NCBI RefSeq assembly: GCF_001889405.1
Contig: NZ_CP017921.1
Span: 222,057 to 262,056 of the forward strand
DNA from: Methanohalophilus halophilus
GTDB taxonomy: Archaea; Halobacteriota; Methanosarcinia; Methanosarcinales; Methanosarcinaceae
DNA length: 40,000 nucleotides
Direction: 5' to 3'
Shown: positions 16,959 to 25,848 of the stretch, piece by piece
How positions within the stretch are numbered: the first letter of the stretch is position 1
How the letters are laid out: every line of letters starts with the position of its first letter
Position numbers and translations under genes: made by a program
Notes under the pieces: generated by a model
What the model was told of the DNA's origin: nothing
Seen by the model: the letters and a program-made list of their open reading frames with translations, nothing else
Databases searched by the model: none

Positions 16959-19223
16959 TTGAATAGCATGGGCACATATAAAAAAGAGACGCATAGCAAA
17001 GACTTATATGAGCTATATAAGCATGCAGAGAAAAACACAAAATCCGATTTCATTTCTATTTTTCGATGGTTGCGTAATCAGAATCAAATACTTGGCATAA
17101 ACGATTTACTCAAACTTCAACAGTATAATTCTCCTAACTATGGACATTGGGAAGTACCACTTTCAGTTATCCAATTATACAATATATTGCTTAATTCGAG
17201 AAAGTCTAAAAATATTCTTGATCCAGTAGGGAAATTAGGTTTGTTAGGGGGCATAATCTCAGAAAATGAAAATGTTCAAAATGTCGACATTGTAAGCAGT
17301 TTGCATGAATCTGAAGAAATAATACAATCAGTAAATATGCCAAAAGTTTCGCTTACTATTGGAAATATTATTGATCTCAAAGATAATTTAAAAGATAACT
17401 ACGATGCAATAATAGGCATACCACCAATAAATAACAAGGGGGATGTCAATAATAATTTAGTGGAAACTGCAAAAATGTTGTCCAAGGAAGGAATAATTGC
17501 TTTTGTAGTACCACCTCGCATTGCTTGGGATAAAAGCAAAAAATCAATAAAAGTGTCTCTAGAAAACAACGGATTATACCTGTCAGCATTATTGCAATTC
17601 CGTCCGGGAACATTTACTACAACAAATATACCTTTTTATCTTGCAATTTTTGAAAAAGTCAATCATGATACTTTGTTCGTAGGGGAAGTTCCTGAAAAAT
17701 ATGATGAATATGATGAATTGATAAAATGCTTTTCAAAAAGAAAAGAGGGAGAAACTATAAATCAAGGAAGATTGGTAGACCCCAATAATTTTAATGGGAT
17801 CAAATCTCTCAAAGCAAAAGAAAGAGCAAAAAAACTTGCTTCAGAAAGAGGACTTAAACCCATTCCTTTTGATAAGGTAGTTCACACAATAAATACTCCT
17901 AAAAAGAGAGGAAAAGATTTTGAAAGATTTGATGAACACCCAGATGCGGTTTATTTGCCTCAAATGGCAACAACAGAAGCAAAAACTCATCAAAACGATC
18001 TATCTCCGAAATTGAAATCATATTTGCAACTGATAGTCAATCATGATGTTGTTTTACCTGAATATTTAGCTGAATGGCTTAATACAACATTGGGTATTGC
18101 CTTTCGGGAATCAGCAATGCAAGGAATAACTATACCCAGAATAAATAAGAGCAATCTTCTATTAAGTAACCTTTACTTGCCTTCTGTTATAGATCAGCGT
18201 AAGGCATTAGATGCTCTTCTTTCAATTCAAGAAATGAAGTCTGATCTAGATGAGCTTGGGTCCAAAATATGGTATCAACCTTTAAATGTGTCAGAGGTCA
18301 TAACATCTTTAGAAAAAATTAATAGAGAGGAAGTATTTGGCGATTGGATAGAATCTCTTCCATACCCCCTCGCTTCAATTCTTAGATCATATGATACAGT
18401 AGACCAAACAGACAAAGACAAATATGAACGGCTCTTGCTTTTTTATGAAGGATTTGCTGAATTTTGCGCAACGGTGCATATTAGTGCATTTAAGAAACAG
18501 CCAGCTATTTGGGAGCCATTGAAAAATAAAATAAAACAAGTAATGGCTGAGAATAATTTTTCATTTGAAAAACCAACTTTTGGTTTGTGGGCCTCTATAA
18601 CAAGTATATTGGCGAAAGAATTACGTTCAATGATTAATGGAAAACAAGATGATAAAGATGCTACAAATGCACTTTATGAAACAGCTGATTTAGAACCATT
18701 AGAAATATTGTCATCCAAATCTTTAGTTAATTTAATAAACGAAACTAATAAAAAACGCAATGATTGGAGTGGTCACACAGGGGCTGTTTCCCAAAAAGAA
18801 GCTCGTGAAAGACATGACCACCTGAAAAACCAACTATCAAATTTGCATAAAATAATAGGTGATCTCTTCCAACAATATAAGCTTGTGGAGGCCGAGCCAT
18901 CAGGAATTGATGCTTTGACAGAGTCAAAGTTTAAGTGTAAAGTTAAATTAGTAATGGGTTCAAATCCTCTTCTTGAACGTCAAACATTGCAATTGAGTAT
19001 GACGTTAATTACAGGGTCATTATATATGTATAACATTGGAAATGATAGGGTTCTTGAACTGGTCCCATTTATTCAGGTCACTGAATCTCCACAATCTGCT
19101 AGTTACTTCTATAATAGAGTGGAAAAAGAAGGGTTACGCCTTGTTTCTTATCAAGTTATTAATGAATCAGAAATATTTAGAAAAAATCAGTACCTAGAGG
19201 ATTTGATAAAAAGTTTTACTTAA
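16959..19223 (+). CDS. Fusion protein: degenerate N6-MTase-like domain + HsdS-like TRD + C-terminal helical domain with HEPN-like Rx5H motif
   Basis: 754-aa ORF (TTG at 16959, first ATG at 16968). It has a Rossmann-like ILDPVGKLGLLGG and an atypical motif IV, AIIGIPPIN (I instead of N/D/S before PP). An HsdS-like segment reads GITIPRINKSNLLLSNLYLPSVIDQRKALDALLSIQEM. The C-terminal helical region contains KKRNDWSGHTGAVSQKEARERH. Confidence 0.55.
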   Translation: MNSMGTYKKETHSKDLYELYKHAEKNTKSDFISIFRWLRNQNQILGINDLLKLQQYNSPNYGHWEVPLSVIQLYNILLNSRKSKNILDPVGKLGLLGGIISENENVQNVDIVSSLHESEEIIQSVNMPKVSLTIGNIIDLKDNLKDNYDAIIGIPPINNKGDVNNNLVETAKMLSKEGIIAFVVPPRIAWDKSKKSIKVSLENNGLYLSALLQFRPGTFTTTNIPFYLAIFEKVNHDTLFVGEVPEKYDEYDELIKCFSKRKEGETINQGRLVDPNNFNGIKSLKAKERAKKLASERGLKPIPFDKVVHTINTPKKRGKDFERFDEHPDAVYLPQMATTEAKTHQNDLSPKLKSYLQLIVNHDVVLPEYLAEWLNTTLGIAFRESAMQGITIPRINKSNLLLSNLYLPSVIDQRKALDALLSIQEMKSDLDELGSKIWYQPLNVSEVITSLEKINREEVFGDWIESLPYPLASILRSYDTVDQTDKDKYERLLLFYEGFAEFCATVHISAFKKQPAIWEPLKNKIKQVMAENNFSFEKPTFGLWASITSILAKELRSMINGKQDDKDATNALYETADLEPLEILSSKSLVNLINETNKKRNDWSGHTGAVSQKEARERHDHLKNQLSNLHKIIGDLFQQYKLVEAEPSGIDALTESKFKCKVKLVMGSNPLLERQTLQLSMTLITGSLYMYNIGNDRVLELVPFIQVTESPQSASYFYNRVEKEGLRLVSYQVINESEIFRKNQYLEDLIKSFT

Positions 19224-19587
19224 TGAAAGAAGGGAGTTATGAAGATTCTAACTATTACCAAATATAATATAAAAAGTACTCTTAGACAGTTTCCAAAAAA
19301 ACAATCATTAATGATGAAAATATATTCTTTTCATCAGCATTTCGAGTATCCATGCACAAAGTGATAAATGTATTTTGAGTAGTAGGTCCTTTCAAAAATA
19401 GATTAATGCAGTTTGGTCAAATGTTGCTTTTTATTAGTTAGTAAGTATAAAATACGAATTAATATAATTTTTTGGTGGTTGTATTTTTCAATTCTACCTA
19501 TAACCCCGATTTTATGTGTGAGTGATAAAATTCGAACCAAAACTTTCTAAAATTCTGAGTATCTTATTTTCAGGATACCTATATCCC

Positions 19588-19601
19588 AGAAAAATAGTGC
19601 G
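19588..19601. repeat. Target-site duplication copy 2 (agaaaaatagtgcg)
   Basis: Exact 14-bp repeat. It separates the right end of the non-autonomous element from the left TIR of the intact casposon. Confidence 0.85.
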
Positions 19602-19632
19602 GGGATATAGTTATCTCTAATTTTTTGTACGC
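19602..19632. repeat. Casposon left terminal inverted repeat
   Basis: See the casposon feature (19602-28529). This TIR matches the reverse complement of 28499-28529 at 30/31. Confidence 0.9.
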
Positions 19633-19845
19633 TAAGTATTTACAGACTTATTTAAATTAACTACTGGGTTAATCTTTTAAATTGAAACCCAGATAAATGT
19701 ACAGAACGTTCAATTCACATCTTCTTTTAAAAGAGTGTCACTTTTTCGCAAAAGGAACATTTTTATAATAAACGGTTTATGATCCATTATCATTATACTT
19801 TTTTATAAAATGATGTAATATATCATGTTAAATATAGTTTGATTA

Positions 19846-20787
19846 TTGGGTGGTATTATGTATTGCCATAATTGTGGTTCAGAAATAGATGATAATGATG
19901 CTGCATTTTGCTCAAAATGTGGAACTAAAATCAAAAAAATAGAAAAAGAAATATTGTCCTCTACACTTGATGTAAAAAATGAAGAAAGTAGGAAGGATGA
20001 ATCATATATTGAGTTAGATACAGCCAACCAAAATAACACATCTATTAAAAAAGAAAATCCAGATTCGTGGGTTTTTATAAAAATATGTGCATATATAATT
20101 TGTGCTGTGGTTATTTCTTCCTTATTTATAGGCCTGTATAATATTGGTAGTGATTTTTATGGGGGTGAGGGAGCGTTTGTACAAGGTGAAGGTGGAGAAG
20201 GATTCGTTGCTTCAAATTCTGATATTACCCATAGCTTAACACAAGAACAAAAAAACACTCAAATTTGTGAAGAAATTGTACAAAACTACTATGAAACCCA
20301 TACATACGTATCGGATGATGTTTTTGATTGCGATAACATGGCAATGGATGTTTGGAATTTAGTAGAAAGTAAAGGAATAAATGCTGAAATTGCCGTGGGT
20401 AATGTAGATATGAAGGATGCAAATTTAGAAGATATCAATCATGCTTGGGTAATAGCAGAAGTTTCACCACAAAATTGGGTAGCTATAGAATGTACCAGTG
20501 GTTATCTTACATATGATGATGTGTATTATTCGGGTTGGTTCTTTGACAACCCTAAAAACTATCAAAGTTTTTTAAATGTATATACCACTTGGGAATATAA
20601 ATATCAAGAATATGAAAATTATAGATTATATTATAATGAATTGGTTGAACAGTTTAATGAGGCTGATGCCTATGAGCAAGCCTCACTAAGAAGTGGTCTT
20701 GAAATTGCAAGAGAAAATCTTCATCAAAAAGAAAGAGATTTTTTACAGGCTAAAACCGAATTAAATGCATTATTAGAATATGGGTAA
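19846..20787 (+). CDS. Zinc-ribbon / TM / transglutaminase-like cysteine-protease-fold protein (casposon cargo)
   Basis: 313-aa ORF whose likely true start is the ATG at 19858 (MYCHNCGSEIDDNDAAFCSKCG zinc ribbon). It has one TM helix (WVFIKICAYIICAVVISSLFIGLY). A Cys...His...Glu/Asp arrangement (FDCDNMAMDVWNLVESKGINAEIAVG ... INHAWVIAEV ... WVAIECTSG) resembles the transglutaminase-like core. Confidence 0.6.
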   Translation: MGGIMYCHNCGSEIDDNDAAFCSKCGTKIKKIEKEILSSTLDVKNEESRKDESYIELDTANQNNTSIKKENPDSWVFIKICAYIICAVVISSLFIGLYNIGSDFYGGEGAFVQGEGGEGFVASNSDITHSLTQEQKNTQICEEIVQNYYETHTYVSDDVFDCDNMAMDVWNLVESKGINAEIAVGNVDMKDANLEDINHAWVIAEVSPQNWVAIECTSGYLTYDDVYYSGWFFDNPKNYQSFLNVYTTWEYKYQEYENYRLYYNELVEQFNEADAYEQASLRSGLEIARENLHQKERDFLQAKTELNALLEYG

Positions 20788-21017
20788 ATATCATTATGAA
20801 ATTGAATATATTTCAAAAACATCTTTCCAGAAAACTTCAAGGACTGCAACAATTAAAATTACAGTTTCATCGCGAAAAGCTTTATTGTTTAAATTATTGA
20901 TTTTTTCAAAATTTATTTCAAATGCTTTGTTAATATCTTGTATTCATGGATTTTATCATTTTGAGACATAAACAAAATAATGTATGTCAACACTTATTGT
21001 TTTATTGATTCAGAGCT

Positions 21018-23684
21018 TTACATAAAAGCATCCATAATTCTCTCCATATTCCTACTCTTAAAATTCAACTCTCCTTCCTTTGCTTTTTTCTTCAAGTAAG
21101 CCAAAGCACTCCTATGTTTAATTCCAATCCTTCTGGCATCTTCAGGAGTTAAACCAAGAATAAACTTCTCCACTGCTTTTCCATCAATGAACTTTTGAGG
21201 TCTTACAACATCCAACTCCTGCTCATCAATATCATTGGCCTCTTTACCAATATACACAAACCCATCAATATCAATATGTTTTCTTGCAAGAGTGCCAGTA
21301 TCACCCCCAAACTTATGCTCTGGATGATCTATATACTCAAGAATCGTATTGCTTAATGGCTTGAAATAGTAAGATCCTTGCCTGACTTCTCCAGTCTGAT
21401 AATCAATAAAAGACTCATAAACTATCTTCTGATAATCCTTAGTAAAAGGTGCTAAAGGCTTGACAACCTTGTCATTTTCTTCTGTTGTCTGAAACCCAAC
21501 CAGAAAGAAATTGAATGGTTTGATCTGTTCTCTCCATTCCTTGACAGCATTAAGATCCTTGAATCTATCCAATACATTGGAAGTACTGACAGTAAGCTGA
21601 GAGATTGCATACAGGCTAGAATATTTCTCAACAATATCTTCCTCAGAAATAATCCCATAATGTAACTTGAGTATATCTTGCCAAATTTCAGCCTGCCAAT
21701 CTTCAACATCCTTTGGAAACGGATTTGTTAAATGACCAAGCCCATGAAGTTTGTAAGATCTCTCTCCTTCCATGAACTCAATTTTATCCTTGTTTAAGTT
21801 GTAGAGTGCATATCTCTTGGAAGAGATCCCATAAAACCACATATCCTCTTTCTCAGGCTTCAATAAAGGAATATCCAGAGCATAAGGATTCAATGGCTGG
21901 AAATAATCAACTATCTCCTGTGCATTTTCAGGAGGAACAAAGATTGAATCTGTATCCATATAAGCATGAGTTCCACCAAGTTCTTTGAGTCTGGCTTCAG
22001 CCATAGCCAGAAAAAGCCTTGAACCTGCTGTAATCATGACTGCCACAAAAGGATGATAGAAATTACCTGGCTTTTCAAACCTATTCTCTGAAGTACTGAA
22101 ATCATCAAGCCCATAAACCTGAATATCACTTTTCTTATCTTCTGGATTAAGTTCAATAAAGATCCCATAACTCATTGCGTTAACAAGAATCTTGATGGCC
22201 TGTGCTCTGCTCTTTAGATGTTGATATTCAGGATCTTTTTTATCAAGACTTTTCATATCCTGTTTTATCTTTTGCCTTTCCTCAACCATTATCTTGGTTA
22301 GGCTTTCTTTGGATGGATCAATATTTATTCCAAGTATCTCCTGAATGTTCAAGTCATCCTGAATCCCAACAGGAACAAACTTGACAGCCTCTATGATCTC
22401 AGGGGTCTTTCCAGTTAATAGGACAGAACCGATAACATCAGGCAAAGCATACCATAAACCATCTTTAGAACTTACATGATTTAATCCAACATTATAACTC
22501 TCATTCTTGCCTTTGTAATCCATCCTTACAGGCAATATATCCTCATCTGGTTTCAATTTAACAAGGATATTGAAATGAGGCCAGTTATCTGGATTTTGTA
22601 AATAATCAAGATCTATATTGGAAAGAATCTTTTTTGCTTCCTCTGTTGCATCTTCAGTCTCAATCCTGTCAGCAATCAAAAATGGCCAGAGATCCAACAT
22701 TAAAGTAATAGTAGGATACATACTGGTAAAATCAAGAACTGTAACTTGGGTTGGTGTTTTCCTGATCTTGCATTCACACCTGCCACCAAAATAAGCAGTC
22801 ATTATATTTCCTAACATCTCAGGAGAGAAATCAGGATTCTTTTCTAAAAATGGGTTTATTCCAATTTGTTTCATGGCATGTTTACCAAGAGAAGCAGCAC
22901 TAAACACTCTGGTTATGGGTATATCAATACCATAAAGATCCAGTTCTTTCACAAGTTCCCTGTAAACTTCAAAAGTAGTTTTGACATCAGTTACAAGATA
23001 GTCAATATACTTCTCAGTAACTCGGCCATGTTTTATATTCTTCTTTTTCTTAATGTTGGTATTGAGCCTCTCTCCTACCTTATCAAGTGAAATATGATTC
23101 TTTGATTGAAGGAGTACTTCAGCCAGTTTTTGAGCATCTAAAAAGTATCCCCCAAAATACTCTTTACCCTTGTTTTGCTTGGTTGTTGTGAATTTGAAGG
23201 AATAAGCAGTACCAAGTTTTTTGATAACAATTGGGGGTTTAACTCTATCATCTGACAGAGTAAGAGTAAACCCACCTTTGTTTTTCCCTCTGGAATTTCC
23301 AGATCTCTTGGCTATCCTGCTTATATCAAAGGCCAGATTGAATCCAACACATAAAGTTTGGAAATCATATACCTCTGTATAGAACACATTATCTACAAAA
23401 TCAGATAGAGTATAGATAGATATAGTATGTCTAGATGCATAGATATTCAAGGCTCTTGTTTCCCTTACATCCAGCATTGAAGGATCATAAAATAACCCTT
23501 CATGCTGAATATAGCCATCCTGATATATCTGGAAATATCCAATTTTCATGTTTTGGTACTGGTCTGTTGTAGTCTCAGTATCAAAGACCAATACTCTATC
23601 ATGTCTCAAAGGTGTGGTTGGAGTTTCACCCTTCCATGCTTTCTTTTCTTTGTGGGTGTATCCCCTCACAGCAACCTTAGTCAT
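21018..23684 (-). CDS. polB: Protein-primed family B DNA polymerase (casposon PolB)
   Basis: 888-aa ORF with Exo I (VLVFDTETT), Exo II (GFNLAFDISRI), Pol motif B (KILVNAMSYGIF), Pol motif C (HAYMDTDSIFV) and a C-terminal HTH-like tail. Confidence 0.93.
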   Translation of the reverse strand: MTKVAVRGYTHKEKKAWKGETPTTPLRHDRVLVFDTETTTDQYQNMKIGYFQIYQDGYIQHEGLFYDPSMLDVRETRALNIYASRHTISIYTLSDFVDNVFYTEVYDFQTLCVGFNLAFDISRIAKRSGNSRGKNKGGFTLTLSDDRVKPPIVIKKLGTAYSFKFTTTKQNKGKEYFGGYFLDAQKLAEVLLQSKNHISLDKVGERLNTNIKKKKNIKHGRVTEKYIDYLVTDVKTTFEVYRELVKELDLYGIDIPITRVFSAASLGKHAMKQIGINPFLEKNPDFSPEMLGNIMTAYFGGRCECKIRKTPTQVTVLDFTSMYPTITLMLDLWPFLIADRIETEDATEEAKKILSNIDLDYLQNPDNWPHFNILVKLKPDEDILPVRMDYKGKNESYNVGLNHVSSKDGLWYALPDVIGSVLLTGKTPEIIEAVKFVPVGIQDDLNIQEILGINIDPSKESLTKIMVEERQKIKQDMKSLDKKDPEYQHLKSRAQAIKILVNAMSYGIFIELNPEDKKSDIQVYGLDDFSTSENRFEKPGNFYHPFVAVMITAGSRLFLAMAEARLKELGGTHAYMDTDSIFVPPENAQEIVDYFQPLNPYALDIPLLKPEKEDMWFYGISSKRYALYNLNKDKIEFMEGERSYKLHGLGHLTNPFPKDVEDWQAEIWQDILKLHYGIISEEDIVEKYSSLYAISQLTVSTSNVLDRFKDLNAVKEWREQIKPFNFFLVGFQTTEENDKVVKPLAPFTKDYQKIVYESFIDYQTGEVRQGSYYFKPLSNTILEYIDHPEHKFGGDTGTLARKHIDIDGFVYIGKEANDIDEQELDVVRPQKFIDGKAVEKFILGLTPEDARRIGIKHRSALAYLKKKAKEGELNFKSRNMERIMDAFM

Positions 23685-24018
23685 GTTTCATCAACTCATG
23701 TCCATAACTGAGCAACTGATCCCCTATACCCCTGAGTAATGCACCAACTGAGATAAACCAAAATCCCCTCTGTTCAATAGGTTTGGCCTTTTTTGACCTT
23801 TTTTTAGGACTTACCTTGTTCTGTTCTGCTGTAGTTTTGAAATGGCAGCTCTTGCATAGAGGAATTGTTTCATCAGAATTGCATCTACCATAAACATGAT
23901 GCATCTCTATGACAGAAAGATCATCCTCTCCACATTCAACACAACAAAGAGATGTTTGCTTGTTTCTCTTCTGCTTCCTTGTAGCCTTTAGATATGTTTC
24001 TTTATCCATCTGTATCAC
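23677..24018 (-). CDS. HNH endonuclease
   Basis: 113-aa ORF with CCVECGEDDLSVIEMHHV ... TIPLCKSCHFKT (HNH/zinc-finger signature). It overlaps the PolB start by 8 nt, which suggests translational coupling. Confidence 0.85.
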   Translation of the reverse strand: MIQMDKETYLKATRKQKRNKQTSLCCVECGEDDLSVIEMHHVYGRCNSDETIPLCKSCHFKTTAEQNKVSPKKRSKKAKPIEQRGFWFISVGALLRGIGDQLLSYGHELMKHD

Positions 24019-24023
24019 CTCCT

Positions 24024-24665
24024 TTAGCTCTTGTAAATCTCCAGAAATTCAGGTTCTTCAATAGTTTCTCCAATTTCATACAGTCTCTCAAGGCTGGTCT
24101 CAAGTCTGTACTCGTTACCATCAGCATCCTTTATCTTCATATCCTTGAACTTCTCAAGACCTGAAGGATCTCCTGTTTTCAAGGCCTTCTGTACAGCAGC
24201 AAAATATTTTCCAATCCTTGATCTATCTCTGGAATTGGTGACAACAATACTGGTTACTCCTTCATCTTCAGAGTAGATCAGCATTTCAGACTGAATAGAA
24301 TCAGTTTTTGTGACCTGCCATCTGCCACCCTCTTTTTCCAGATGTGTTCCAAGATGCTTGAGAGCAAACTGTTTGTTTACTCCAAGTTTACTGGTGGCCT
24401 CACTCAGAGTTTTACCATGTCTCATTTTCCTCAAAATTTCAAGGGATAGGTTTCTATCCCTTTTCTGACTTGAAGACAGGTTTTGCCATACTGTATTGCT
24501 GAGGTCATAATCACTTATCTTCAGATTCCTTAATTGCTTCAGACTTTTATCAGGGGAATACTGATGTTTCCTGATTATCCCCTTTGCATACCTGGAAGTC
24601 CTTGATTGAGCATTGAGCCACTCACCATAGGTTCTGTGCTTTCTGGAGAAACGTGGTCTTCCCAT
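24024..24665 (-). CDS. HTH DNA-binding protein (casposon core-associated)
   Basis: 213-aa ORF with an HTH-like segment KTLSEATSKLGVNKQFALKHLG. It is in the same operon as HNH and PolB. Confidence 0.6.
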   Translation of the reverse strand: MGRPRFSRKHRTYGEWLNAQSRTSRYAKGIIRKHQYSPDKSLKQLRNLKISDYDLSNTVWQNLSSSQKRDRNLSLEILRKMRHGKTLSEATSKLGVNKQFALKHLGTHLEKEGGRWQVTKTDSIQSEMLIYSEDEGVTSIVVTNSRDRSRIGKYFAAVQKALKTGDPSGLEKFKDMKIKDADGNEYRLETSLERLYEIGETIEEPEFLEIYKS

Positions 24666-24805
24666 TATTTCTCAGCCTCCCAGAGTTTCAGTAATGCTAT
24701 CCTGATAACTTCAGCCTGAGAGCATCCAAACTTATCTGACAACTGTACAAGTGTCTCCTTGAGATAAGGAGAAAGTGTTGTTATTATTCTTTCACTTTCA
24801 TTCAT
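24665..24805 (-). CDS. Small ribbon-helix-helix (CopG-like) protein, absent from the supplied ORF track
   Basis: Manual translation of the minus strand gives MNESERIITTLSPYLKETLVQLSDKFGCSQAEVIRIALLKLWEAEK* (46 aa). This is a beta-strand followed by two helices with the typical S..EVIR.AL pattern. Its TAA overlaps the ATG of the next gene by 1 nt (ATAATG). Confidence 0.5.
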   Translation of the reverse strand: MNESERIITTLSPYLKETLVQLSDKFGCSQAEVIRIALLKLWEAEK

Positions 24806-24939
24806 TGGTTTTCACCAATAGACTGTATGTACAGCCATACTGATATTAACAATGATATTGATTTTAATACTAAAATGAGCATTAATGATATAAACCATAA
24901 CAAATATGATATTATATTAGATAGTGAGAGGTAGAAATA

Positions 24940-25848
24940 TTGATACAAAATGAGGCTGATTTTGAGGAGGAAGTTGTTCAGTATTTAAACAAGAATGGCA
25001 AGATGCGAAGAGAGCAGTTGATTAAAGTACTTATTGAGGCGCATACACAAACAAACGAAAAAGGAGACAAATTTGTAGATGGTGGATATAGTAAACCCAC
25101 AATTAATAGAAAACTTGGAGATATGCTTGGATCTGGTAAAATCATAAGATTGAATTACCACCAGCTTAAAAACTATGGCTTTTCTGAAGATGATGGGAGG
25201 GCAACATATCTGTTTACTGAGGAAGGGCTACGATTGAAGACACATATTGATGAGGTACTCAAGCTTCTTGCTTCAGATGATGAAATTGATAAACAGATTG
25301 CTTTGAAAGAATTAAACCGATACAGTGAAATTTACTCTTTTGATGAAACTCAGCTAGATTTAATCGTGCAAAATCTAGCCTCCAAGAACGCAGAATTGAC
25401 AAACAAGTTTCTTACTACTCTCAAAAATTACATCATCAACAGAGGAAAAGAGCCGACGGATAAAAAAGCCTTGTTGAACGCTCTAAAGATCGTGCTGGAG
25501 AAGCATGGAGAACCAGCCGGAAAAAACAAGGTCACTAGAGAAGTGGCCATCCTTTTACTTAGCCACTATAAAGACGAATATGTACTTGACCAGCTCATCA
25601 AAGATGCAAATGCCTTGGATAATCCTCTAGAAGTAGAAGAGGATTATGCCCATGACCCTTCGATGATTGCTGATATTATCATAAAAAATCCTTCAAGACT
25701 ATTTGAGGCTGAAAGGCAATTGACAAAAGAAGGAAAATATGATGCTTCTCAGTTCATTTCAAATATAAGGGGTCGGTGCATGAGGGCATTTCGAATGAAT
25801 GATGCTGAAAAAGCAGAGATTCAGAAAAAACTAGAAGAGGAGTTATAA
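24940..25848 (+). CDS. Hypothetical protein, N-terminal winged-helix-like domain + helical repeats
   Basis: 302-aa ORF with a TTG start preceded by gagagg. The N-terminus reads VVQYLNKNGKMRREQLIKVLIEA ... YSKPTINRKLGDMLGSGKIIRL, which is wHTH-like. Its stop overlaps the Cas1 start (TAATG). Confidence 0.5.
   Translation: MIQNEADFEEEVVQYLNKNGKMRREQLIKVLIEAHTQTNEKGDKFVDGGYSKPTINRKLGDMLGSGKIIRLNYHQLKNYGFSEDDGRATYLFTEEGLRLKTHIDEVLKLLASDDEIDKQIALKELNRYSEIYSFDETQLDLIVQNLASKNAELTNKFLTTLKNYIINRGKEPTDKKALLNALKIVLEKHGEPAGKNKVTREVAILLLSHYKDEYVLDQLIKDANALDNPLEVEEDYAHDPSMIADIIIKNPSRLFEAERQLTKEGKYDASQFISNIRGRCMRAFRMNDAEKAEIQKKLEEEL

Larger units (their letters stand above)
15226..19587. mobile_element. Non-autonomous casposon-derived element (TIRs and TSD present, no Cas1/PolB) carrying HEPN and MTase-like cargo
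   Basis: The left TIR gggatatagttatcttagattttttgtacgg (15226-15256) is 27/31 identical to the casposon left TIR at 19602-19632. The right end gagtatcttattttcaggatacctatatccc (19557-19587) matches the casposon right TIR at 20/31, including the terminal gata.ctatatccc. Identical 14-bp direct repeats flank it. None of the four internal ORFs is a casposase or polymerase. Confidence 0.75.

Noticed and set aside
20780-20971. 63-aa ORF between the zinc-ribbon gene and the PolB 3' end
   Set aside because: It is very AT-rich, overlaps the upstream stop, and has no motifs or RBS-like sequence. It is probably noncoding spacer.
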